A stretch of 52,285 nt of DNA. Source: Thermomicrobiales bacterium. Lineage in GTDB: Bacteria > Chloroflexota > Chloroflexia > Thermomicrobiales > UBA6265. Of this stretch, positions 36,072-44,567 are shown piece by piece. The notes beneath the pieces are model-generated. The model did no database searches and was not told the DNA's origin. It worked only from the letters and a program-made list of their open reading frames with translations. Every line of letters begins with the position of its first letter. The stretch's first letter is position 1. The stretch lies in the NCBI GenBank assembly GCA_033813515.1, contig JAPXRQ010000002.1:1-52285 (forward strand), given 5' to 3'. The translations under genes were made by a program, and so were the position numbers.

Positions 36072-37268
36072 ATGTCCGTCACCACAGATTCCCTTTCTGC
36101 CACTGTCGATGAGATCTTTCCTGGCGTCGTCGCCGACCGCCGGTGGCTGCACCAACATCCCGAACTGAGTTACGAGGAATACGAAACCGCCGCCTTTGTC
36201 GCGGAACGGCTCAAGTCACTCGGTGTCGAAGATATCCGCACCGAAATCGGCAAGACCGGCGTCACTGGGCTCATCCGCGGCAATCTCGGCGAGGGCAAAA
36301 CGGTCGCTCTTCGCGCCGATATGGACGCTCTGCCAATCCTCGAGGAGAACGAGGCCGAGTATGCGTCGGTGAAACCCGGTGTCATGCACGCCTGCGGTCA
36401 CGACGGTCACACCGCCATGTTGCTGGGATCTGCCCGCGCCCTGATGGGGATGCGGGATCAGTTCGCCGGCACGGTCAAATTGCTCTTCCAGCCCGCCGAA
36501 GAAGGGGGCCGCGGCGCTACCTACATGATCGAGGACAAGGCTCTGGAAGATCCCCGGCCAGATGCCGTCTTCGGCATTCATCTCTGGAACGGCGTCCCGG
36601 TCGGTGAAGTCTGGGTCCGCGATGGGGCCATGATGGTCGGCGTCGATGCAATCGAGATCAAGATCACCGGCGCGGGCGGCCACGGCGGAATTCCCAACAT
36701 TTGCATCGACCCGATTGTTGCTGCTGCCTCGGTCGTCATGAACCTGCAGACAGTCATCGCCCGAAACAACAATCCGCTTGAACCGGGCGTGGTCACCATC
36801 GGCTCGATCCATGCTGGTCAGGCCGGCAATGTCATCCCCGACACCGTCGTCATGACCGGAGCGATCCGCCATGTACTGCCGGAGCAGGCGGAGACCATGC
36901 GCCGCCGCATCACCGAGATCGTCGAGCAGACGGCCGCCGCTTTGGGATGCAAGGGCGAGGTCACGATCGGCTCAGGCGTCGGCCCGACCGTCAACGACCC
37001 GGCGATGGCCCAAATCGTGCGTGATGCCGCCGCCCAGGTCGTCGGACCCGAGAACGTCGTCGCGGGCCAGATCCTGATGGTTTCCGAAGATGTCAGCGAA
37101 TTCCTGAACGAGGTGCCCGGCTGCTACTACCTGGTCGGCAGTTCGAATGAGGAGAAAGGACTGACCTGGGGTCACCACACCTCACGTTTCGACATCGACG
37201 AGGATTCGCTGGCCATCGGCATCGAAACCACCGTCCGCTCCGTCCTCGCCTTCCTCGCCCAGGACTAA
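36072..37268 (+). CDS. M20-family amidohydrolase (M20D), paralog of 10460..11656
   Basis: 398 aa, starting immediately after the pepA stop. Motifs seen: HQHPELSYEEYETA, LRADMDALPILEENE, MHACGHDGHTAMLLG, LFQPAEEGGRGA. It is collinear with, identical in length to, and highly similar to the first M20 gene. Confidence 0.85.
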   Translation: MSVTTDSLSATVDEIFPGVVADRRWLHQHPELSYEEYETAAFVAERLKSLGVEDIRTEIGKTGVTGLIRGNLGEGKTVALRADMDALPILEENEAEYASVKPGVMHACGHDGHTAMLLGSARALMGMRDQFAGTVKLLFQPAEEGGRGATYMIEDKALEDPRPDAVFGIHLWNGVPVGEVWVRDGAMMVGVDAIEIKITGAGGHGGIPNICIDPIVAAASVVMNLQTVIARNNNPLEPGVVTIGSIHAGQAGNVIPDTVVMTGAIRHVLPEQAETMRRRITEIVEQTAAALGCKGEVTIGSGVGPTVNDPAMAQIVRDAAAQVVGPENVVAGQILMVSEDVSEFLNEVPGCYYLVGSSNEEKGLTWGHHTSRFDIDEDSLAIGIETTVRSVLAFLAQD

Positions 37269-37302
37269 GAGAGCTCGGGCAGTTACCACATTTGTCGTAG
37301 TC

Positions 37303-37338
37303 CCGGCACCGCCGTGTGCCGGTTCCCGTTCTTTCGTT
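37303..37338 (+). terminator. Candidate intrinsic terminator after the pepA-M20 pair
   Basis: A 7-bp GC-rich stem (ccggcac 37303-37309 / gtgccgg 37316-37322) with a 6-nt loop. It is followed by a T-rich run, ttcccgttctttcgtt (37323-37338). Confidence 0.45.
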
Positions 37339-37396
37339 CAGGTAGCGCGGGATCTTTAGACCCGTGCGATACAGCGCACTTCTGGCAGGACTCGTT

Positions 37397-37654
37397 CTAC
37401 CGCGCGTACTTCGGCGTGATCAACAGATCGATATCCTCGTCGTGGACTTCGAATACCCATCCGGCTACCGAAACAATCGCCGGGGAACTGATCTCGCCAT
37501 GGCGCAACTCCACCGGCACGCCATCGATCACGACATCCGCCGTCTGCTGCAAGGTGTAGGCGTACTTCGGGTTGCGATAGACAGCCCGCGTTCCGCCCGC
37601 CTGCTCTACCACTGCCCAGGCAAGTTCGCGCGCCCGCTCTTCGCTGATCTCCAC
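37397..37654 (-). CDS. Small hypothetical protein (85 aa)
   Basis: The ORF starts 3 nt after the AI-2E transporter stop on the same strand. The sequence MEISEERARELAWAVVEQAGG...GWVFEVHDEDIDLLITPKYAR has no recognised domain. The coding call rests on operon position only. Confidence 0.4.
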   Translation of the reverse strand: MEISEERARELAWAVVEQAGGTRAVYRNPKYAYTLQQTADVVIDGVPVELRHGEISSPAIVSVAGWVFEVHDEDIDLLITPKYAR

Positions 37655-37657
37655 GAG

Positions 37658-38875
37658 CTATGTACCGGAGTTCGGTGACGTCGGCGGAAGTTGACCCGGC
37701 TTGGAAACTGGTCCTGCTGGCAAATCGCTTCCCGGCTGTCCCTGAACGGTCGTCGTGCTGTTTCGGATCCAGCGCCAGCCTGGGGCAACCGCCTCGGTCT
37801 GCTGCCGCTGCTCGCGCCGGCCCTTCATGTACTCAGACAGAATCACCTGCACTGCGGCTGATATTGGTATCGCCAGCAATGCCCCCAGCACCCCGAGATA
37901 CTGCGTACCCGCCAGGATTGCGACAAACACCGTCAGTGGCGAAAGCCCGACGGCGCCCTTCATCACCCGCGGCACCAGAATCGAGTTCTCCAGAAACTGC
38001 AACAGCACCACGAATACGGCGACCATGATCGCCTTGTCCCAGCTTTGGGTCGCGGCGATTGCCACCGCCGGAATGCCGCCCAACCAGGGACCGACAATCG
38101 GGATGATCTCTGTGATACCGGCCCACAGCCCGAGCAGCGGCCAGAACCGGATACCCATCGTCCCGTAGCCGATAAACGATAACGACCCGATGATCAGGCA
38201 GAGCACCAGTTGTCCACGCAGCCAGCGGCCGACCTGAGCCTCGACCTCATTCCAGATGCGATTGACCTTCTCCCGTGAAATCGGTTCGACCTGGTTCAGG
38301 ATCAGCCGCTTCAGAAACTGCTTTTCGGTCAGGTAGTAGAACGCCATCACGAAGACGGTGATCAGCCCGACCACGCCTCCACCCACACCGGTAACGATAC
38401 CGACCGTTACTTCCTGCGGTGGACTTGAGGGATCATCCAGTTCGGCCAGCAATCGATTGAGCGCATTGACCCCGGCTCCTCGCAGAAACGGACTGTCGCT
38501 GGTTCGCCAGTCATCCCGCAGATCGCGCAATTGAGCAGGTGCATCCGTCCGGAACGAGTTGGCTTCGTCGGCGATCGTCGGGGCAACCAGAACACCGGCC
38601 AGCACTATCGTGCCGATGATCATGACGTAGACGGCCAGAATACTCAGCGGCCGTGGCACCCGATAGCGATGCAGCGCCATCACCGGTCGCTCGATTATCG
38701 TGGCAAACAGCACGGCCAGAATGACCAGCACAATTACCAGTTGAACCTTGAACAGGATGAATGCGGCCACCAGCACCAGGAAGAGCGAAAGCGGCGTCAA
38801 TCCAGGCACACGGCGCTCGCGGTCAGGAGGACCAGGCTGGTTCTCACCCACGCGCAGGGAAGCTCGCTCAGTCAC
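37658..38875 (-). CDS. AI-2E family transporter (UPF0118/PerM-like)
   Basis: 405 aa with about 8 TM helices. It has the conserved C-terminal membrane region ITEIIPIVGPWLGGIPAVAIA...LLQFLENSILVPRVMKGAVGLSPL. Confidence 0.85.
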   Translation of the reverse strand: MTERASLRVGENQPGPPDRERRVPGLTPLSLFLVLVAAFILFKVQLVIVLVILAVLFATIIERPVMALHRYRVPRPLSILAVYVMIIGTIVLAGVLVAPTIADEANSFRTDAPAQLRDLRDDWRTSDSPFLRGAGVNALNRLLAELDDPSSPPQEVTVGIVTGVGGGVVGLITVFVMAFYYLTEKQFLKRLILNQVEPISREKVNRIWNEVEAQVGRWLRGQLVLCLIIGSLSFIGYGTMGIRFWPLLGLWAGITEIIPIVGPWLGGIPAVAIAATQSWDKAIMVAVFVVLLQFLENSILVPRVMKGAVGLSPLTVFVAILAGTQYLGVLGALLAIPISAAVQVILSEYMKGRREQRQQTEAVAPGWRWIRNSTTTVQGQPGSDLPAGPVSKPGQLPPTSPNSGT

Positions 38876-38878
38876 GCG

Positions 38879-39376
38879 CTACGAGCTCGAAGCTGCAGGG
38901 CGGCGGACGCGCCAGTACTGCCGGTCAAAGGGATCAACCTTCTGCCGCTTTTCGGTCGGAGTCAGATCATTCCAGACCGTTGCGAACGCATACACCTCAT
39001 CGCCATCGATCACCATCCGTCGGGCACTGCCAAAAGGACGATCGACCGGGAAAATCTCCCGCGGTGGCTTCGAGATCACTTCACACTGAAACCAGCCATG
39101 CTCAGGGCATTCTCCGGCGTGCAACTGCCAGACCAGATCGGCCGTCACACCCGCCAGATCGCGGACGTAGATGGCACCCAAAGCGCCATCGCAAATCGGG
39201 CACCGCAGCGGCGAATTGGCATTCGCGCGATCCTTGGCAACGAGGACATCGGCTGGCATGAACTTGACTATCTCCGCGACGCGTGATGCTTGCCCGGCCA
39301 ACACCCGGGTACCATCGAGTCTATCACCCGCCGTAACCCAGCCAAATGCCAGATTTACACAGATTTTCGTGTACAC
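38879..39376 (-). CDS. Hypothetical protein with CxxC...CPEH zinc-ribbon-like motif (start uncertain)
   Basis: The ORF ends 3 nt before the AI-2E start. It contains LRCPICDGALG...HAGECPEHGWFQCEV. Possible starts are GTG 39376 (165 aa) and ATG 39259 (126 aa). No family recognised. Confidence 0.45.
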   Translation of the reverse strand: MYTKICVNLAFGWVTAGDRLDGTRVLAGQASRVAEIVKFMPADVLVAKDRANANSPLRCPICDGALGAIYVRDLAGVTADLVWQLHAGECPEHGWFQCEVISKPPREIFPVDRPFGSARRMVIDGDEVYAFATVWNDLTPTEKRQKVDPFDRQYWRVRRPAASSS

Positions 39377-39540
39377 TCAACCTGCGTAACAGTGACCGAC
39401 CGAGACCGCATCCTGTCGGCCCAACTGTTGCCTTTGCCCGAACCGAAACAGGCGGCTCCGTTGATCGTTTTAAGAACGACAGGCGGGGACAAACGCCACG
39501 GCTACACCGAAGAGATTCCCGCTGGCAGGAGGTCCGCACC

Positions 39541-40368
39541 ATGCCACTTACCCGATCCCAGTTACCCACGGTCGCCGGCTTCGATCGGAGACTCCACCTT
39601 GGCAATGCGATTGAGCGCGGCACCAGCAGGTTCGCCCGGTGGCTGCTCGGCGCAGGCTTCCTCGCGGTCGATCTTGCGCTCTTCGGGACCAGTCTCCTGG
39701 TCGCATACGTCTGGGCCTTGATCGCCCATCCCGGAGATCTCGATTCGATCAATCCGTTCCGCTATTGGGGCGTCGTTGCCGTTGTGCATACGCTCGTCGC
39801 CGGTGGTGGATTGCTGGCCTGGAAGCTCCTCGGCATGGACGAGCCTGCCACCCGCACCGCCATCCCTGCCTATCAGCCCGTCCCGGCCCGTGGTCAGTAC
39901 GCGCTCAGCACCTGGAGCCAGAGCCAGCCGGTCGATGCTATCTATGCCCAGCCCCAGGCAGCCGCACCGCGCAGGACCGCGTGGGCAAGCCGTCCGGTCG
40001 AGCAAAACTGGCCGCAGCAGCCCGAGTTGCTCCGGACTCAGCCGGGCACAACCACCGATCCCGATCTCGGCGAGGCAACCTGGCCGGAGAATGTCCCGCT
40101 CTCGACCAGTCTCGGAGTTTCCGGTTCGGCCAGCGAGTCGGGCGAACGACCGTCCCCGTCCCAATCCTGGTTTGATTCCTTCATGGGCTCACGTGGCGCC
40201 TCCCAGAAAGAGAAGGAACAGCGCTGGTCATGGGTCGAAGCCGCGGCAGGCTCCTGGCTCTCCCGCCGTGAACCAACCACACCACCCACCGCCGAGACCA
40301 CTGCGGACGCACCGATTGCAGATGCCGCCGCGCAGCCACTCGATGACGACCAGCAGCCGCACGCCTGA
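39541..40368 (+). CDS. Hypothetical membrane protein with disordered P/Q/S/T/W-rich C-terminal half
   Basis: 275 aa from ATG 39541, with AGGAGG at 39527-39532. It has two or three TM helices (WLLGAGFLAVDLALFGTSLLVAYVWALI, WGVVAVVHTLVAGGGLLAW), then a low-complexity tail. Confidence 0.55.
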   Translation: MPLTRSQLPTVAGFDRRLHLGNAIERGTSRFARWLLGAGFLAVDLALFGTSLLVAYVWALIAHPGDLDSINPFRYWGVVAVVHTLVAGGGLLAWKLLGMDEPATRTAIPAYQPVPARGQYALSTWSQSQPVDAIYAQPQAAAPRRTAWASRPVEQNWPQQPELLRTQPGTTTDPDLGEATWPENVPLSTSLGVSGSASESGERPSPSQSWFDSFMGSRGASQKEKEQRWSWVEAAAGSWLSRREPTTPPTAETTADAPIADAAAQPLDDDQQPHA

Positions 40369-40379
40369 TTTCCACCAGC

Positions 40380-40799
40380 ATGCCTGAACGCGACTGGGGT
40401 GTTGCCGTCTTCGTGGTGCGCAACGATCGAGTCTTGCTGCATCAGCACGAACGTCTCCATCGTTGGCTGCCGCCAGGCGGGCACATTGAGCCAAACGAGA
40501 TCCCGGACGAAGCCGCCATTCGTGAAGTACGTGAAGAGACCGGCGTCCACGTCGAACTGATCGACGCGCCGTTGATCACGCTCGCCGCGCCAAATCTGCC
40601 GCGGATGCTCGCCCGCCCACTCGGCATCATGCTGGTCGACATTCGGCCCGATCATCAGCACATCGATCTGGTCTACCTTGCGCGAGCGACCAACGATGGC
40701 GACGGGCGCGGTACCTGGTTCACCATCACCGATCTCGCCACCCTCGATCTCACCGAAGAGATCCGCGCCTGGTGCACCCTCGCGCTCGGAAACCAGTAG
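40380..40799 (+). CDS. NUDIX hydrolase
   Basis: 139 aa with the Nudix box GGHIEPNEIPDEAAIREVREETGV (Gx5Ex7REUxEExGU). Confidence 0.85.
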   Translation: MPERDWGVAVFVVRNDRVLLHQHERLHRWLPPGGHIEPNEIPDEAAIREVREETGVHVELIDAPLITLAAPNLPRMLARPLGIMLVDIRPDHQHIDLVYLARATNDGDGRGTWFTITDLATLDLTEEIRAWCTLALGNQ

Positions 40800-40881
40800 C
40801 CAGCAGCCAGTAACTGGTTGCACGTTGTCGGTATTCCGAAAGAGGCGAACACTTATGCCAACCGCCAACCGATTAAACGGC

Positions 40882-40917
40882 GAAGCCCGGAAGGTGCATT
40901 CCCGGGCTTCAGCCTTT
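40882..40917. terminator. Candidate bidirectional terminator hairpin between convergent NUDIX and TadG-like genes
   Basis: A 9-bp perfect stem (gaagcccgg 40882-40890 / ccgggcttc 40902-40910) with an 11-nt loop. Only short T runs flank it on both strands (ctttat downstream on +, cgtttaat on -). Confidence 0.4.
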
Positions 40918-40949
40918 ATCTCAAATTCGCGATACAGGTGGCGCGGGGC

Positions 40950-42089
40950 CTAATCCGTATCCACGAGTTTGATCACAACACTTCCACCGCAGTCGCGGCA
41001 CCAGCTGTTTTGCGAAACTCCCCAAACCGGATAGTCATCCAGCAAGGTCCCCTGGTAGCAACTGCCGCCGCACGAGGAAACCAGGAATCCGAGTACCTTG
41101 ACGACCTTGAAGTTCGGCCGTCCACTCGCCATGCGGGCCGAGTCTCCGATGTCGCCACCGTTCACATCGGTCGCAACCGGCAGGAGCATCACGCAGGTGC
41201 CGTACGGTGCCGCGGTCAACTGCCTGCAGCCCCTGACGCCCGTGACGGTGTACTGGATTGCCCCAGGCGATGTTCCAAGCCGTCCGAACCACCACTGGTT
41301 GTTCCCACGGCCGTTGTTGTTCAATCCTGAATACTGATTCTCTGCCAGACCACGCCAACCGGCCGCATTCGTGCCCGTCAGACCGCAATCAGCGATCTGC
41401 GCGTTGGAACCCGTGCTGGTCCCGGTCAAGCGGAACGTCTTGCCAATCGCGTTCGGATTGACCGTGGAATTGGTCAGCAGGATGTCCTGCTCCGACCCGT
41501 CCATCCGCTTGGTGTTGTACCCGCAGACAACGAACGGTCCGTCCATACCGGCCAGCTGCATCAGTTCCACACGAGCGGCAGCCCTGGCCCGGGTCGTGAC
41601 CGTGTCTGGCCCGCCCGGGATCACGCGAAGAAAGAAGGTCTGATGTGTTTCCCGCACCTGGACCGACACGCCGATCGCAGACGAAGGAACGGCCCCATCG
41701 CAGGAGTAAATCGCATTGTCGGCATTGTCTGTGTATTCGCAGCGCTCCAGAACCCCTGGGCCTTCCGCCGTCTGATTCCCGTTGAGCGCCGCCTGCACCG
41801 AGGTCATCGCTGGCACCTGGTTGGTGTCATTGAAGCTGGCCACGGCCAGGGCGCCGGCCTGTGCCGAGAGATCCGCCGCGTTCTGCATCGATCTGCGCTG
41901 CGACGCGGAATATCCGACATCCATCGCCAGACCAAGAATGCCCAGCATGGCCGTCAGAAAGAGAGCGAACAGGATCAGAATCTGGCCCTTCTCGGCCTTG
42001 TTCCGCTCCGGCTCGAGCACAAAGCCCTTGCGCTCCAGCACATTGGTTTCGAGCGCTTCTGATGCAGTTATTTCGGGATACTGGATCAT
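40950..42089 (-). CDS. TadG-like (Tad_N/TadE-G family) putative pseudopilin with Cys-rich C-terminal domain
   Basis: 379 aa from ATG 42089 (ATGA overlap with the upstream TadE-like gene). The N-terminal segment is EKGQILILFALFLTAMLGILGLAMDVGYSASQRRSMQNAADLSAQAGA. The C-terminal half has 12 Cys (e.g. SSCGGSCYQG, SWCRDCGG). Confidence 0.7.
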   Translation of the reverse strand: MIQYPEITASEALETNVLERKGFVLEPERNKAEKGQILILFALFLTAMLGILGLAMDVGYSASQRRSMQNAADLSAQAGALAVASFNDTNQVPAMTSVQAALNGNQTAEGPGVLERCEYTDNADNAIYSCDGAVPSSAIGVSVQVRETHQTFFLRVIPGGPDTVTTRARAAARVELMQLAGMDGPFVVCGYNTKRMDGSEQDILLTNSTVNPNAIGKTFRLTGTSTGSNAQIADCGLTGTNAAGWRGLAENQYSGLNNNGRGNNQWWFGRLGTSPGAIQYTVTGVRGCRQLTAAPYGTCVMLLPVATDVNGGDIGDSARMASGRPNFKVVKVLGFLVSSCGGSCYQGTLLDDYPVWGVSQNSWCRDCGGSVVIKLVDTD

Positions 42090-42532
42090 TTCTGCACCTG
42101 GCTGCTCGCGGTGGACCTCAGCGGAATATCGCCGATGCCCCAATACGTCTCAAAGAACTCGGAAAATTGCGGAGAAAACGTGCGCTCGCAGCTGACAACC
42201 AGCATGGTGCGCGAGTCCGTTGTTACATCCAGATTGCCCTGGACCTCAACGGTGACAGTCGTCGTGCTGTAGACCTTGTAGGGATCTTCCGCGGTCACCC
42301 GGGACTCGATGCCCGGGGTGTCGGTTGGATGTCGGGCGCCGTACGACGCTGCCTCACGACAGCCATTGCGGAGCTGGACATAGCCAACAAACATCTGACC
42401 GAGGTCGAGCGTGCCGAGCATGATGAGGAGCATCAGCGGCAGGCCCAGCGCCAGTTCGACAAACGCCTGACCGCGCCGAGCGCGGTCAGACGAGTTGGAT
42501 GGGGTTCGTTTCGAAGTTCGCCGCTGCACCAC
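42086..42532 (-). CDS. TadE-like pilus-assembly protein
   Basis: 148 aa with the TadE N-terminal motif RRGQAFVELALGLPLMLLIMLGTLDLGQMF. Confidence 0.7.
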   Translation of the reverse strand: MVQRRTSKRTPSNSSDRARRGQAFVELALGLPLMLLIMLGTLDLGQMFVGYVQLRNGCREAASYGARHPTDTPGIESRVTAEDPYKVYSTTTVTVEVQGNLDVTTDSRTMLVVSCERTFSPQFSEFFETYWGIGDIPLRSTASSQVQK

Positions 42533-42564
42533 GGTCTAGCCCTTACCTTCCTGGTCGGCCCGAA

Positions 42565-43044
42565 TTACTCGGCCTCAACCCGGGTCGAAGCCCGCAATGT
42601 GATGGTGTTGTCGATGCCAAGGAAGCCCGCAACGATCGGGTGGAAGTCGTACTCGGCCGAGACGGTGACGTCCGAACATCCTGGCCGGCAACCACCGGTG
42701 CAGCTCGGATCATCAACAGTCAGCAGCGCACCGCCACCAGCGCCTGTGCCATCGAGACTGGGCGCCTTGTCAACGACGACTGCCTTGATTTGCGCACTCT
42801 GCTCCGGGTGCATCTTCCCGTACCGGGCACCCTCCCGAACTGCATTCGTCAGCTCGGAGTACATGAACACCGCCCGACCAAGGTCGATCGTGCCCATGAC
42901 GATGGAAAAGAACGCAACACTGACCATTGCAAATTCAACGATGGCCTGACCAGAGCGCTCTCCGGTCCGCAGGGCTCGCAGAAAACGCGGTGCGGATTCC
43001 ACGCGTTGTGCCCCCTCAGCTGCAGAAATGTCATCCATACTCAT
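42565..43044 (-). CDS. TadE-like pilus-assembly protein
   Basis: 159 aa with the TadE N-terminal motif ERSGQAIVEFAMVSVAFFSIVMGTIDLGRAVFMYSELTNAVREGARYG. Confidence 0.7.
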   Translation of the reverse strand: MSMDDISAAEGAQRVESAPRFLRALRTGERSGQAIVEFAMVSVAFFSIVMGTIDLGRAVFMYSELTNAVREGARYGKMHPEQSAQIKAVVVDKAPSLDGTGAGGGALLTVDDPSCTGGCRPGCSDVTVSAEYDFHPIVAGFLGIDNTITLRASTRVEAE

Positions 43045-43398
43045 TCCCCTTGACGTCCTGAACGGCGGGACCGTCAGGTAGAACGTCCCGTAGGAGCATC
43101 ATCCCCCGGCGCCACATAGCCGTACAGGCGGAGAAAGAGCGAATATCCGGGGGGATGAATGTCCCGATGATTGGGACCTTCGGGTCACATCGGCCGGTAC
43201 CTGTTCTGCATTGCCTCATGGTCACAGAGTGTCAACATCCGTTTATCCCGGTATCCTGACCTTGTACAAACGCGCAATCCAATGAGGCATTGCCGGAGAA
43301 TGCGTTCCGCACCGCAGTGGAACCCGTGTGAGGTGGTTTCCCGGTCAGTCGAACCGTCGACCCGGGTGGTTGGTTTCGTTCCTGGAGGAATGAATAGC

Positions 43399-44502
43399 GT
43401 GATTTCCCGACGCCAGATCCTTGCAGCGCTCCCCGCTGGTGCTGTCTTTGCGTGGCATGGCCCGTCTTCGATCCTCGCCCAGGATGGCGAAGAGATCACC
43501 GCCGCTTTCGTCTATATCGGCCCCATCGGCGATATGGGCTGGACCTACGCCCACGATCAGGGTCGCCTCGCTCTTGAGGCCGCGCTCCCGAATGTGAAAA
43601 CCACCTACGTCGAGAATGTTGCCGAGGGCTCCGCCGACTCCGAACGCATCATCCGCCAGCTCGCCCAGGATGGCGCCAAAATTGTCGTCACCACCTCCTT
43701 CGGATACATGGATGCCACCATCAATGTCGCCAAGGATTTCCCCGACACCGTCTTCATCCACATCTCCGGCTACAAGACAGCCGATAACGTCGGCACCGCG
43801 TTCGCCAAGATCGAGGAACCCCGCTACGTGTCCGGCTACATCGCCGGCAAGATGAGCGCCAGCGGCAACCTCGGCTATGTCGCCGCCTTCCCGATTCCGG
43901 AGGTCATCCGCGGGATCAATGCCTTCACCCTCGGTGTCCGCGCCGCCAATCCGGCCGCCACGGTCAAGGTCGTCTGGACCAACACCTGGTTCAACCCGCA
44001 GGACGAGCGTCTCGCCGCCGAAGCCCTTCTCGAGGGTGGCGCCGATGTTCTCGCCCAGCATCAGGACACCGCCGGACCGTCCCAGGCCGCCGAAGCAGCA
44101 GGCAAGTACTCTATCGGCTACGACTCCGATCAGGCATCGTCCGCGCCGAAGGCCGTCCTCACATCGGTTGTCTTCAACTGGGGTCCCTTCTACATCCAGA
44201 CCGCCCAACAGGTCCTCGATGGCACCTGGACGACCAACCAGTACTGGGGCAGCTGGCAGGACGGCGTCGTCGATCTCGCTCCCGTGTCCGATCTCGTCCC
44301 GGCTGAAATTGCCACCGAGGCTGCCGCCATGGCCGACAAGTTCCGCGCCGGCGAGCAGACGATCTTCACCGTCTTCACCGGTCCAATCAACGATCAGACG
44401 GGCGCCGAGAAGGTTGCCGCTGACACCGCCATGACCGCCGAGGAACTGCTCAGCATGGCCTGGTTTGTCGAAGGCGTCGACGGCGAGATTCCCGCCAGCT
44501 AA
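43399..44502 (+). CDS. BMP-family (Med/PnrA-like) ABC transporter substrate-binding protein with Tat-type signal
   Basis: I prefer GTG 43399, with GGAGG at 43385-43389 and a 9-nt spacer. ATG 43390 is an alternative. The N-terminus VISRRQILAALPAGAVFAW has a twin-arginine motif and no lipobox Cys. The mature part shows AAFVYIGPIGDMGWTYAHDQG and LGYVAAFPIPEVIRGINAFTLG. Confidence 0.85.
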   Translation: MISRRQILAALPAGAVFAWHGPSSILAQDGEEITAAFVYIGPIGDMGWTYAHDQGRLALEAALPNVKTTYVENVAEGSADSERIIRQLAQDGAKIVVTTSFGYMDATINVAKDFPDTVFIHISGYKTADNVGTAFAKIEEPRYVSGYIAGKMSASGNLGYVAAFPIPEVIRGINAFTLGVRAANPAATVKVVWTNTWFNPQDERLAAEALLEGGADVLAQHQDTAGPSQAAEAAGKYSIGYDSDQASSAPKAVLTSVVFNWGPFYIQTAQQVLDGTWTTNQYWGSWQDGVVDLAPVSDLVPAEIATEAAAMADKFRAGEQTIFTVFTGPINDQTGAEKVAADTAMTAEELLSMAWFVEGVDGEIPAS

Positions 44503-44511
44503 GACCCGATC

Positions 44512-44535
44512 GGAGGGCGGGGTAACCTGCCCTCC
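44512..44535 (+). other. Intercistronic stem-loop between the binding-protein and ATPase genes
   Basis: A 9-bp stem with one G-U pair (ggagggcgg 44512-44520 / ctgccctcc 44527-44535) and a 6-nt loop. There is no U-tract. It starts 10 nt after the stop codon. Confidence 0.35.
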
Positions 44536-44567
44536 TCGTCTCGCCTCCGCTGGCACAGGAGCCCCGG

